Assembly (NCBI RefSeq): GCF_963921235.1
Contig: NC_086107.1
Location: 97,528,001-97,592,000 of the forward strand
From: Mobula hypostoma
Lineage: Eukaryota
Direction: 5' to 3'
DNA length: 64,000 nucleotides
In this document: one piece after another, positions 12,360 through 26,000 of the stretch
Layout of the letters: each line of letters opens with the position of its first letter
How positions within the stretch are numbered: the first letter of the stretch is position 1
The notes under the pieces: model-generated
Databases searched by the model: none
The model's input: the letters and a program-made list of their open reading frames with translations, nothing else
What the model was told of the DNA's origin: nothing
Program-made: the position numbers and the translations under genes

Positions 12360-13850
12360 ACCTGTAGGATGTGCATCTGGCTGATCTCTTTAGGAAATGG
12401 AGCTGGAGATGGATATACTGAGGAATGTCCGGGAAGCTGAGATCACCTTTGACAAGAGGTGGTCACACCTAAGGTGCAGGCAGTAGATAGTTGGTTGACC
12501 ACAAGGAAAGGTAGAGGGAGCAGGCAGGTTCCCGTGTGGCCATCCCCCCTCAGCAACAAATATACCCCTTTGGATACCACGGTAGGGGGGCATGGCATGA
12601 CCTCGGAGGGAGAAGATGGTGGCGTGACGCAGCCTGCGCGGCCGTTCCAAATTGATATCGTATGTGTGAAGTAGGAAGCCGTGCACAATCCGGATTTGAT
12701 GGAGACAGCCGTGAGAAGCACGGAGGAACATCTGGAGTAACTTCTGAAATGCCCGCTTCGCTGCCGCTGCTACTGTGCGATCGAGAATCTCCGGAGGGGA
12801 AGGCCCCAAATCCTCGGCTTTGCCTATTGCCTGTTGCTGGGGCCGGGGTCGAAGCACTCGGCAGAGCTGGTGCTCGGTGCTCGGTGTCGGAGAGCTGGTT
12901 GGAGGCTCGGAGCTTTCGGACAGACTCGGAGTCGGACTGTGGTCGGATGCTTCCAGGATGCTGCATCGGCAAGTTTGCGGCGCTGGAGGTTCACCGTCTG
13001 CGTGAGATGACGGGACTTTCGAGCGACTCTGAGACTTTACCGTGCCCATGGTCTGTTCTTAACAAATTACGGTATTGCTTTGCACTGTTGTAACTATATG
13101 TTATAATTATGTGTTTTTTGTCAATTTTTCAGTCTTGGTTTGTCATGTGTTTGTGTGATATCATTCTGGAAAAACATTGTATCATTTCTTAATGCATGCA
13201 TTACTAAATGACAATAAAAGAGGACTGAGTGTCCTCATATTCTAATCTAATCACCTCTTGGGTGTACAGCAGCAGTAGGCAGAGCAGTAGCACTGAGGCT
13301 CAGTGGGGGTGGATTCAGGTGGAACAATAGTGATAAGAGACTCGATAGTTCCGGGGGAGGGTCTGGGCCAGCAAAAGAGTCGTCAGGATGGTGCGCTGCC
13401 ACCCTAGCTCCAGAGCCGAGGGTATCTCAGAGTGCCCGCAGGACACGCTCAGAAAGGGAGGGTGAGCATCAAGAGGTGGAGGTGCACACGGGCACCGTTT
13501 ACGCAGGTAGAAAGGGGGAAGAGATCCTGCGCAGAGAGTATAGGGAGTCAGAGAGGAGACTGAAGTGGACCTTGATCTTTGTAATCTCTGGATCACCCCA
13601 GTGGCCACGTGCTAGTCTGGGCAGGAACAGAAAGATAAATGAGTGGCTGAGGAACTGGTGCTTCAGGTCCTTAGGTCATTGGAGCTCTTCTGGGGAAGGG
13701 ATGTCCTATACAACAGGAACGGGCTAGGCCTTAACTGGAGCGGATCTGATATCCCGGCTAAGGGGTTAGCTGCTTCCTCTACTGAGTTTGGCAGGGGAAT
13801 GGGAGCCACAGGCCAGAATACAGATGGACTGGGAGGAAGGTAGATGTCAT
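12360..13850 (+). mobile_element. Old CR1 ORF1 remnant interrupted by a younger non-autonomous non-LTR element (about 12605-13252)
   Basis: Degenerate CR1 ORF1/esterase similarity. The insert starts gggagaagatggtggcg and ends aataaa...(ctaat)n, with acctc on both sides. Confidence 0.55.
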
Positions 13851-14063
13851 GACCAGCAAGAACAGGCAAGGAGCAAGTTTACAGACACAAAAGAACATAT
13901 TGAAGTGAGCTTATCCTAATACCAGCAAGATTTGTTATCTAATTAACAAAATAAACTTTATTCGCAATTAAAAAATTACAATAAACCATTTAATACTTTC
14001 CATACTGTTATGGGTAATGGTGATGAACTTAAGAGCATGGTCCAGCAGATGGAACTATGATAC

Positions 14064-15702
<1,639 letters not shown>

Positions 15703-16289
15703 ATCACACATTTTATGCGAGTTGCTTGGATTTCCAGCATCTGCAGATTTTAGAAACACAGAAACATAAAACACCTACAGCGCAATACAGACCCTTCGGC
15801 CCACGAGGCTGTGCTGAACATGTCCTTACATTTTCTCCTGCTTGTACTTGGGACTATGATGTTGTGGATGGCTGATTTCGGACACATGGAGGGCACTTAA
15901 AGGACAGGGCAGTCAGAAGGAACACTAGGATGGCAAGGTTAGCGAACCTTGGATTTTGAGAGAGGTGGTGAATTTAGTCAAGAAAAATAAGTGCATGGGA
16001 AGCTAAAATCAAACAGCCTTTTAGAAGCCAGAAAATAACCTTTTAACAATTATTTCGTTCTCCTTGTGTACTGGAAAATGGCAATCTTGAAGTTGTATAT
16101 GCAAGGAATAGGGGACTTTGTTTTGTTTTGTCGTGGCCTGTAGGGCCTGTTTCTGTACTGCACTATGTTTCCCTTCCAGCATTACACATAGATGCTGCTC
16201 GACCATCTGAGTATCACACGGATCAGTTCAATGTTCGTCCCTTTGTATCCACACTACCTCTGCTCTACCAGAAGGGGGCCATCATCCTT

Positions 16290-16720
16290 TGCCCCGGCCT
16301 CCCCGCACTTCACCCTCCCACCTACAGAGGGCGCTCTCTCCCCACCGCCCCCCCCCGCTTCCCAAGCTTGAGCCTGCGCATTGGGGCTCTCGCGAGACCA
16401 GATGGTCCCGGGACCTGACGGTGAGCGCACGACTGCGGGTCCGGACCGGAGAGAGGTACGTGTGAACGGGAGTTCGTGAGCGATCTCCACGCGGGGACTA
16501 CGCCGCGGACACCGGGGAGCCTCGGTTAAAACAGATCAGTACTTTATTCGTCAAATGGCAACTTGTAGTTTATTAGGCCTCTGTCATTCATCCATTGTTT
16601 GAGACCGCCTTCCTTCTGATAGGCCGGGTGCCCTCTATGGCGATTCTGATTGGTGGATTGTTACGTAATCAGGGGTGAGCGTCTTAAAGGGACCGCGTCC
16701 CTGTTACCTGGCAAGGCGAA
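16290..16720 (+). promoter_or_regulatory. XRCC6: CpG-rich promoter / first-exon region of XRCC6
   Basis: Local CpG enrichment; TCTCGCGAGA palindrome at 16388-16397 (BANP-type housekeeping motif); NRF1-like GAGCCTGCGCA just upstream; ATTGG box at about 16649; GTTACGTAAT at 16660-16669; RFX-like GTTACCTGGCAA at 16703-16714. It lies 3.5 kb upstream of the first coding exon. Confidence 0.75.
16380..16420 (+). other. XRCC6: Putative non-coding exon 1 of XRCC6 (start approximate); donor ACG|gtgagc at 16420/16421, alternative donor GAG|gtacgt at 16455/16456
   Basis: Consensus donors inside the CpG island. Vertebrate XRCC6 has a non-coding first exon. No transcript evidence is available. Confidence 0.45.
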
Positions 16721-17280
16721 GCCGTCTGTCCTGAGCCCATTATAAAGTTATGGTGATGATCCTGCCTTTGCTGCGCCTAAAAGGGACAGCACGTCAACTT
16801 TATGTAATTAAAAACCTACCTGGTGCGTAGTTTCGGAACAGCAAAAGGCCATTTAGCCCCTCCAGCAGGTGTAGCTGATCCAGGTGGAGGATCCAAGGAA
16901 GCAAACTATTGATCGAAAGGTGTTGACTGGAATAAACAGTATTGTTAATTGGTATTTGATTCACCAATGACTACCAGGGATTAATTCTGGCCTTCCTTCC
17001 ACAATCTGGCCTCTGTGTGACTCTCGTTGCGGTTGATTGTGAGCTGCCTGTGCAGTTCAGGGACATTAGGGATGGTAGCATTGCCGGTGGTATCCATATC
17101 TCATGACAGATAAAGAAAAAAAACAGGCTTAATTGTAAATGGTTGAATTCTTCAGTCCCCATCACTAATTCAATCATGGTAAACTGAGTTGCAGATTTCC
17201 ACCTTTGTCCTGTCAGCTGCTTTCTCGAGCTTTAATCTTAGGATCATGACTTTTCCTGAAACTTGCTTAGAAGTTGGACC

Positions 17281-17757
17281 CCAGGGATGATTCCAGGAAT
17301 GAAAGGGTTATCATATGAGGAACGTTTGGCAGCTCTGGGTCTGTAATCACTGGAATTCAGAAGGAGGAGGGGGATCTCATTGAAAGCTTTCGAATGTTGA
17401 AAGGCCTAGACAGAACGGATGTGGATAGGATGTTTCCCATGGTGGGGGAATCTAGGACAAGAGTGCACAGCCTCAGGATAGAGAGATGTCCATTTAAAAC
17501 AGATGCAGAGAAATTTCTTTAGCCGTAGGGTGGTGAGTTTGTGGAATTTATTAGCATAGGCAGCTATGGAGGCCAGGTTGTTGGGTGTATTTAAGGCAGA
17601 GATTGATAGGTTCTTGATTGGCCATGGCATCAGAGGTTATGGCGGGAAGGGTGGGGAGTGGAGCTGAGGAGGGGAAAAAAGCATCAACCATGATAGAATG
17701 GCAGAGCAGACTCGACAGGCCAAATGGCCTAATTCTGCTCCTAGGTCTTACGGTCTA
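17281..17757 (+). mobile_element. CR1 LINE 3' fragment (similar fragments at about 20470-20805, 22205-22525, 28530-28815, 56090-56783, 61870-62185)
   Basis: CR1 ORF2 C-terminal [14 protein letters not shown] frame plus CR1 3' UTR hairpin and tail. Confidence 0.85.
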
Positions 17758-17812
17758 ATCAGGGATTGTAGCTTCTCCCTGCTATTCACCAGGCATCAAT
17801 CATCCAATATGG

Positions 17813-17892
17813 TAGAGATTCCTAACCTTTTATATGCCATGGACCCCTACCATTAACCAAAGGGTCCGTGTACCCCAGGTTGGGAACCCCTG
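17813..17892. mobile_element. 80-bp hAT MITE (MER5/Charlie-like)
   Basis: Perfect 8-bp TSD caatatgg (17805-17812 and 17893-17900); TIR-like tagagattcctaacct / aggttgggaacccctg. Confidence 0.8.
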
Positions 17893-18159
17893 CAATATGG
17901 ATAGCGTCCCAAATTCCTACCATTTTTGTATGTAGAAATGCTTGTTTATCTCACTCTGTACAAACCTTGCTCTGTTTTTTTAAGATTCTTACTGTTAGTG
18001 AGGGAAGTTTTAATATATTTGCCCCGTCGTTTCTCCTTGAAAACTTCAGTCAAATTGCCTCTAAACTTAAATTCCTGGAAACGCGAGCCTGCTTTGTGTG
18101 ATCTGCAGTCAACCAATCATCCTGCTCTCTACCTTCCAAACTCATCTGTAAAAGGTATC

Positions 18160-18670
18160 CACTCAGAGTTCCCTTTATTAGGTACAGCTGTGTACCTGCC
18201 CATTAGTGCAAATATCTAATTAGCCAGTCGTGGTAGCAGCTCAATGTTTTAAAGCATGCAGGGGCATGATCAAGAGATTCAGTTGTTCAGCCAAACATCA
18301 GAATGGAGAAGAAATCTGAACAAAGTGATTTTGACCGTGGAGTGATTGTTGGTGCCATACAGAGTGGTTTGAATACCTCAGGAACTGCCGATCCCCTGCG
18401 ATTTTCACGCCCAACAATCTCTTGAGTTTACAGAGAATGGCTTGAAAAGCAAAAAAGAAGCCAGTGAGCGGCAGTTCTGTGGGCGAAGACGCCTTGTTAG
18501 TGAGAGAGGACAGGGGAGAATGGGCAGACTGCTTCAAGCTGACAGGAAGGCAGCTGTGATTCAAACAACCATGTGTACAGCAGTGCCGTGCAGACGAGCG
18601 GCTCTGAACACACAGCACTTTGAAGAGCAGCGGGGACTACTCCTGTGCTTAATAAAGTGGCCACTGAGTG
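18160..18670 (+). mobile_element. Non-autonomous Tc1-like element
   Basis: TIRs cactcagagttccctttattagg / ttaataaagtggccactgagtg; internal remnant of transposase N-terminus. Confidence 0.75.
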
Positions 18671-18876
18671 TGCTTGCGCAGTGGTCAGCTTACTGAACCA
18701 GCAGACAGGTTTCTCTGCTGCCAGTCCCAAAGCTCAGTCACTGTGGTAGGGCAGGAAGGTAAACTGTCATTGTCAGTTGGTGTACGGAAGATAGAATGAT
18801 TGCTGCAATAGTCAAGTCCAAAATGTCAAAGGCAGATGAGCAGGAAAGGAGTGGCCTTGATGTAAGATCAGGGTCA

Positions 18877-19317
18877 AGGTTGATTTATACTTGTGCATAC
18901 AGGCTACGCCGTAGGCCTGATTTATACTTTTGCGTAGCCGTACGCCGTAGCGAGCATGCGTAGTTGTGTCTGCGTCGCTCTGCAATTCACCGCCAAAACG
19001 CCAGTTCTATGCCACTGTGTTGAGTTTCTTCGTGAGAGACATGGACGAGGAAATGCATTTCAAATATTTTCGGATGTCGGCAGGTGGATTTGAAGATTTG
19101 GTTCATCGTCTCCAACCATTTATTTCGCATCAGTGTACGGACACGGCGGAGAAAAGCAACCGGAAATGCGACGCTACCAAGCGGACCAATCACAGTTGTT
19201 GCGGGCCGCATCACCGCAACACGTGAGTTACATTTTTTGGGGAGGTGCACATCACCCTACGGCGTAGGGTACGTGGTACCTATGGCGTACATTTGTCGCA
19301 CAAGTATAAATCAGCCT
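18877..19317 (+). mobile_element. PIF/Harbinger deletion derivative (441 bp)
   Basis: TIRs aggttgatttatacttgtgc / gcacaagtataaatcagcct; 3-bp TSD TCA; internal frame [18 protein letters not shown] typical of the Harbinger transposase N-terminus. Confidence 0.88.
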
Positions 19318-19366
19318 TCAGACAGGTCACGGAGATTGAAAGCGGTACAGATATGATCTGGGAACT

Positions 19367-19714
19367 GGTTGGGCTGAGTTGTTCTCCGATTTTGGCAATT
19401 TATTTGCAAGCATTTCATCACCATACAAAGAGACGTCATCAGTGCGCTGTAAATTGTGGTGTGTCCTCACAATGCTTGGTCCTTCTATACTTGTCAATCA
19501 GCTGATCGGTTGCCATTTCGGAAACTCATTTGTGACGTGGGGAGGAATTTTGCCCACATCAGCTCATAAATAGGATCAAAGTCTGCACATTTGTTTACAG
19601 GCCAAGCACTCGGAGGACGCACCACAATCAACAGGGCACTGACGACTTCTCCCTGCGTGGTGACGAAATGTTTGCAAGTAAATGGTCAAGGTCAGAGGAC
19701 AACTCAACCCAACC
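19367..19714. mobile_element. Inverted Penelope-derived repeat with two hammerhead-like cores
   Basis: About 115-bp arms (19367-19483 and 19599-19714) are roughly 80% reverse-complementary by eye; each carries CTGAYGA-N19-GAAA. Confidence 0.7.
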
Positions 19715-19974
19715 GTCAACCAACCCAGTTACACATTTTCCAATTATTTCCGACCTGGGAACTGTCGGGTCTTCTCTCCTTGGGAAAGAAACTGTAGAAA
19801 TGCAGGAATTTTAGAACTGCAAAGGAGAAGCAAATGCACTTTTTTTTTGTGAAGCGTTACTTGTTTCTCAGGTGACCCGTTACCGTTGAGGGAGGTAGCC
19901 CTGAGCATTGTCGCCGGACTCTCACAGTGCTTCTTCTACCCGACAGAACAGCCAGCGGCTCCCCTGCAGCGGAC

Positions 19975-20044
19975 ATGTCGGACTGGCGCTCGCACTATCC
20001 CAATGAGGACGAGGAGGATCAGGATGAGGTCGAGGAGAATGAAG
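19975..20044 (+). CDS. XRCC6: XRCC6 coding exon (exon 2): [23 protein letters not shown]
   Basis: ATG in GACATGT context, acidic Ku70 N-terminus, donor GAAG|gtacag; upstream acceptor candidates at 19946 and 19969. Confidence 0.92.
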
Positions 20045-23000
20045 GTACAGCCAGGGCCCACGTCCCTGCAGTCGCAGACGGCTCTCCAGTATGGCAGCCG
20101 CATAGCGGAACAGCTCTTACACGCTAGTCAATGATCATAGCAACCACCTGAAATGTGTTCACCGACCCTAATGACTGCAATGTGTTTGCTCTCCTTTCAG
20201 AGGAATTCAAGTTCACAGGAAGGGACAGTTTAATCTTCCTAATTGATGCCTCAGAAACTATGTTTGAAGAGGACAGTGAAACAAAGATTTCACCATTTGA
20301 TATGACCATTCAGGTGAGAGGGGTGTTTGTTGTACTCTCTGACTGTCCCCTGAACTTTCCCAGATATAGAAGCACGAATCCAAAGGCTGTGAGCTGAAGT
20401 GGGATGAATGTGAATTAGACTATGATGAGAGATTGAGTTTGGCTGTGCTGTGCTCGCGGGGCTTCAGAAAGAAGGGAGGAGATCTTATAGAAACATATTA
20501 AATTTTGAAAGGGATAGATAAGATGGAGGCAGGAAAGTTGTTTCCACTGATAGGTGAGACTAGAACTAGGGGACGTAGCCTCAAGATTCGGGGGAGTAGA
20601 TTTAGGAAGAGATGAGGAAGAACTGCTTTTCCCAGAGAGGGGTGAACCTGTGGAATTCTCTGCCCAATGAAGCAGTGGAGGCTACATCAGTAAATATACT
20701 TAAGACAATATTGGATAGATTCTGCATAGTAGGGGAATTAAGGGTTATGGGGAAAAGGCAGGTAGGTGGAGATGAGTCCATGGCCAGGTCAGCCATGATC
20801 TTACTGAATCTAAAAGGGATTATCTAATGAATATAGTATTAAACACACAGCGCATATTTTCCTGGCATGGATAAGTCAGTTACTGTATAAGTCACTTATA
20901 AGTCAATAGCATCATAACATTTTAAGTAATGTTTGGATATTAAACACACAGCACATATTTTCCCCGTATGAACATATAAAATCATTGCAACACACCAATA
21001 TCGCTGAATCAGTGGGAGTCCTGGGCTTGTTTCCCTGCAACAAGACGGTGACATCGAGGGGTGATGGGAGACAGCGATACTCGAAGGGGGTTCCGTATGT
21101 CTAGTCTATTCCGCAATTTACTTTTCGTTGCATTCATTGCAGAGATATGTTGGAAATGGAAGCAACGTTTTCAGTGCTTTCGTGGCTATCTCAGGATATT
21201 TAGCCTTGACTTTGATCCAGAATGCCGGCAGAGATGTTATGTCAAACGTACTTTTCGGCCTGCCGTCATTTGCAAGCTCGAGTTGATCTTCCCGCACTGA
21301 CACAGATGACGCGCGGGTAATGACCTCGCGTGCGTTCAAGCTCCACAGTGGGCGTGACAGGGAATGAGGAAAGGTGCCGCTGACTCCTATCGCCAAATCA
21401 TATCGTTTCGTCGCGGCCCGGTAGCACATGCTTTGCAGCCTGGCACCGGTCCGCGGCCCAGTGGTTGGGGACCACTGCTCCATGACAATGACTCTATGGT
21501 GTGTTATTTTAGCCTTGTGGAGGAGTCCAGAACAAGGGGGAGTAACCTTAAAATCAGAGCTAGGCAAGCTGGGGTGATGACAGACAAGAACCCTGATGGC
21601 TGGTGGGGCTGGGACAGTTGAGAAGTTGGAACAAACAGTGGCAGGATGAAGTTAAAATACAGATCAGACTTTTTGTTACAAAATGATAGAACAGGCTGGA
21701 GGGGATGAATGGCCTCTTTCCATTCCTACCAAGCTGCTCTCGAGGGCATTTTGTACACATGTTACAATCTAATATTGGACAGTTTGTCCTAAGAGTTGCC
21801 ACGGACAGCAGGAGTGATCTCCTTCCAATTGTGATCCAGGCACTTTCCCGAAGCACTAACTGCACCGAATGGTTTTTGTTGATGACTGATTTGACCCTGT
21901 CTGCCTGCAGTGTGTTCACAAAGTTTACACCAGCAAAATCATCAGCAGTGACCGTGACCTCCTGGCCGTTGTCTTCTTTGGGACTCGAGAGCACAAGAAC
22001 TCTGTTGACTTCAAGCATGTTTATGTGCTCCATGAACTGGACACTCCAGGTAGGTTTATCTACCAGATCAGTGTGGACTCGGATATGGGGTGTCTGCCTG
22101 CTGCATAAATCAGTCCAATGCAAGGTCCCACAAATAAAATAGCAATTACAACCAAGAAGTCTATTCATGTTAGTTGAGGGATGGGGGTCTGCATTGGCTG
22201 TAAAAAGACCATAAGCCTACAGTAGGTGCAGAATTAGGCCATTATGACCATCAAGTCTGCTCTACCATTTCATCATGGCTGATTTATTATCCTTCTCTTC
22301 CCCAATCTCCTGCCTTCTTCCCATAACCTTTAATGCCCTTTACTAACTAAGTACCTATCAATCTCTATTTTAAATATGCCCAGTGACTTGGCCCCCGCAA
22401 TGAATTCCACAGATTCACCACCCTCTGGTTAAAGAAAATTGTCCTCATCGCTCTCTGTTTAAGGGATGTCCTTGTATTCCAAGGCTGTGTGTGCCTGCTG
22501 GTCCTAGAGTCCCGCACTATCAGAAATGTCAGATTCAGAATCAGGTTTAATATGTCGTGAAATTCGTTCACTCTGCAGAACAATGCAATACATAATAATA
22601 GAGAAAAAAACTGTCAATTATATTAAGTATATATATATATTGAATATATTATATATATTAAGTAAATTGGATAAGTAATGCAAAATTTTGTTTTCAAATA
22701 GTGAGATAGTGTTCATGGGTTCAATGACCATTCAGAAATTGGATCCTGTCCACATCTGAAGGACAAAAGATTTGAGATACCCTGAGATGCTTAATTAATG
22801 CAATTGTTTTCAAGTTGCCTCTGTGTGGCTCACAGTTACCGCTCCCTTCCTTCGTACTTCTTCACTTATCATTTATATTTACCAACTGGCTGCTGAAAGC
22901 TGGTGCAGAATCTGTCTCAATCCCAACACTTCCACCTGCTCACAATTCCTTGTGTGAAGACCTTTCTCTGCCCTCTCTAACACATTTAGTCTTCTTTCAG

Positions 23001-26000
23001 GTGGCGGGGCGGAGACAGGTCTCTACCAAAGGTGGTGTAAGGCTAGCCTGCAGGTCACCCTTGGGCAAGGTGTAGCAGCTGCTCAGCCCCCACCCCCAGT
23101 CAGGGTCACCTGAAGCCGTGGGACCACTGACGCCAGGCAGACAATCTCGGAAGAGTATTGACAATGGTTGGGGTCACCCGTCTTGTAAACACACTGCCCA
23201 GAGGAAGGAAATGGCAAACCACTTTGGTGGAAAATTTTTGCCAAGAGCAATCATAGTCATGGATAAAGAAAAGAATAAGAGCTTATTAGCAGATTAAAGA
23301 CGGATAGAAAACCATGATCACCCACATCTTTCAACATAGCACATAAGGATGATGAATCTTGTTTTAGCAGCTATGTTGGCTGATGAGCACGCACTGCTTC
23401 TCTGTCACCCTATCCTGTCCTTGTGTACTATAGCTTAAACCACTACGTCTTTATGATATTTCTGGTGCTTTGGAAATATGGAACATTTTCAAGTCTTATA
23501 TTTGTACTTCCTCATCATATTAATGGATAGTGGGTTATTTATAATATTCTGCCATTGTATCACTGTAATTAATGTATTTCATATTTGCGATTCAATCTTC
23601 TGCTAAGGCTCTACCTAACTTATAGAACAGACTTCAAAAACATGGCTGAGCTGTGGACAAATTAAACAACATTTCTGAGAAGTATTTTTAATAATTGAGG
23701 TATTCTGCATTTTTTTTGAAGAATACATCTCACGAGGTTCTGAACAGGTCATCAGTGATGTAACCTGGGGTCATCAGGTGTTTTGGGTTTTTCAATGTCA
23801 GACACTCTCACCCAGGCGACCCAGCCGTGGTTGATCCAGCCGATGACTTGGGGTTCAGGTAGCGTGTGCTGCTGATCCCCGTGGACTTGCTCTCTTCATC
23901 CAGAGCCATCTCGAGGCTTCCTCTGCTGCCTCAGTAATGTTGCTGATGGCTCTCTGCCACCTTGTACCAGCGATGCCCGATGCGCTGAGGGCTCTGTGAA
24001 GAGACTGTCCAGCGAAGCCCACTCCAACGGGCATGTACTCTGCCTTCCATCCCTGCCTCCCGACAGTTGCTGACCAGTTCGTCGTATCTGGCAAGCTTCC
24101 TCTCCCCTGGAATGTGGTAGGACCCTGGAAAATATGCACCACATCCCATAACTCCAGAGTCTCCTCTTAAAGAGAAATTTGTCAGCAAGTATGTTTGTAC
24201 ATATTTTGCCCACCTGAAGGTGAAGATCTCAAACCTGGCAAAAACTCGCCGCCACCCGGGCAGCAGTGATCTCTACCATCCTGCAGGGGTCTGGGATTTG
24301 GACATCACACACCGTGCCTCAAAGCACTGGAAAGGTACTTCCAAATCTGCTGGCAGGGTAAGCGGACCATTGTGTGTCCTCTTCCAGGGTAACACCCTCA
24401 GCACTGAAGGCCTCGTCGCACTCTGATGGTTTTGTTGATCAGACTGTGTTATACGCACGAAGCTCCGTGATGGGATGAAGTTACCCAGTGGAACAAGGGA
24501 AAAAAACCTGGATGATCTGAAAACCTCCTGGGGGGGTGGGGGGGAAGGGCAATTACGACATCTCCAGTAACTCCAAGTAGAGCAGGAGCATTGTGGACGA
24601 CATGGAGATCCTGGTGTCCATGTATTTGGAGTATGACGACACCTCGCCTTAACTGCGGAGTGCCCTGCCTGCTTATTAAGCAGCTGCTGCCCTAACTGGG
24701 ATTATCTGTGCGCCTCATGTTGGTGCCCTACCTCAGAGTGGAGTGGGAATGTCACCCTGAATCCCAAGTGACTGTCAACAAAGAGCAAAAATAGCTTGGC
24801 AGAGTATGGAATGAACGATTGGGGTGAAGATGCAGGGAAGTACGATGTTTAATGCTGTAGTTGCTTGCTCTGACCAGGAGGTGGTATGTGGAGCAAGTTT
24901 GGGAAACCTTGGAGGTGCAAAAGACTGTGCAGATGCTTACATCTGGAGCAATAGACAATCCACAGGAGGAACTCGGAGTCGAGCAGCATCTGTGGAGGGA
25001 GAGGAATTGCCGACGTTTCCGTGTTTCGATCTAACTCCCTAACAGATGGTGTTCAGTCCGCTGAGTTCCTCCAGCAGATTGCATGTTGTTTCTGGAGTCG
25101 TAATCCCAAATCCCCAGCTGTCTTGTATTTTATAACTAAGTAACCTACTTTCAGTACTGTAAACCATTTTCTGGTGCTGTATTCCAGACTGATGTTATAA
25201 AGCATCTGCCTCTCTCTGGACACAGGTGCTAAGCGGGTGCTGGAACTGGACAAGTACCAAGGGGAGAGAGGCTACCAGCTCTTCAAGAATGAGTTGGGCC
25301 ACAGCAGAGACGTCTCTCTGAGTGATGCACTGTGGGTCTGCTCCAATCTCTTCAGTGACATCAGGCTTAAGCTGAGCCACAAGCGCATCATGTTGTTCAC
25401 TAACAATGACGACCCTCACGCTGCTGACAGCTCCAAAGCACGCATGGCCAGAACCAAGGCCAGTGATCTCCGAGAGACAGGTGGGTGAGCTACCGTTACT
25501 GAATCCGAATCAGAATCAGGTTTACTATCACCAGCATGTATCATTGAATTTGTTGTTATGCAGCAGCAATACATAATAAAGACTGTACATTACAGTAAGA
25601 AGTGTACTTGTATATTAAAAAGTTAAATTCAAAAAGAGGGGAAAAAGTAGTGAGATAGTGTTCATGGGTTCAATGTCCATTCAGAAATCTGATGGCAGAG
25701 GGGAAGAGGCTGTTCCTGAATCGTTGGGTGTGTGCCTTCAGGCCCCTGTGCCTCCTTCCTGATGGTAACAATGAACAGGGGGCTTGACCTAGGTGATGAG
25801 GGTCTTTAATGATGGATGCCGTCTTTCTGAGGCATCACTGTTTGAAAATATCCTGGATGCTGAGGAGGTTCGTGCCCATGACGGGGCTGACTGAGTTTAT
25901 AATTTTCTGCGGCCTCTTCCGATCCTGTGCAAAGGCCTCTCCATACCGGACGGTGATGCAACCAGTTAGAATGCTCTCCATAGTACATATGTAGAGATCT

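Noticed and set aside
12390..13093. GC-rich overlapping ORFs of 140-219 aa
   Set aside because: Lie in the GC-rich body of a non-autonomous retroelement inserted in a CR1 remnant
16254..16490. Minus-strand ORF in the CpG island as a divergent gene
   Set aside because: No similarity to DESI1 or any protein I recognise; expected by chance in GC-rich DNA
21560..22168. 202-aa minus-strand and 145-aa plus-strand ORFs over exon 4
   Set aside because: Shadow frames of the XRCC6 exon; no recognisable homology
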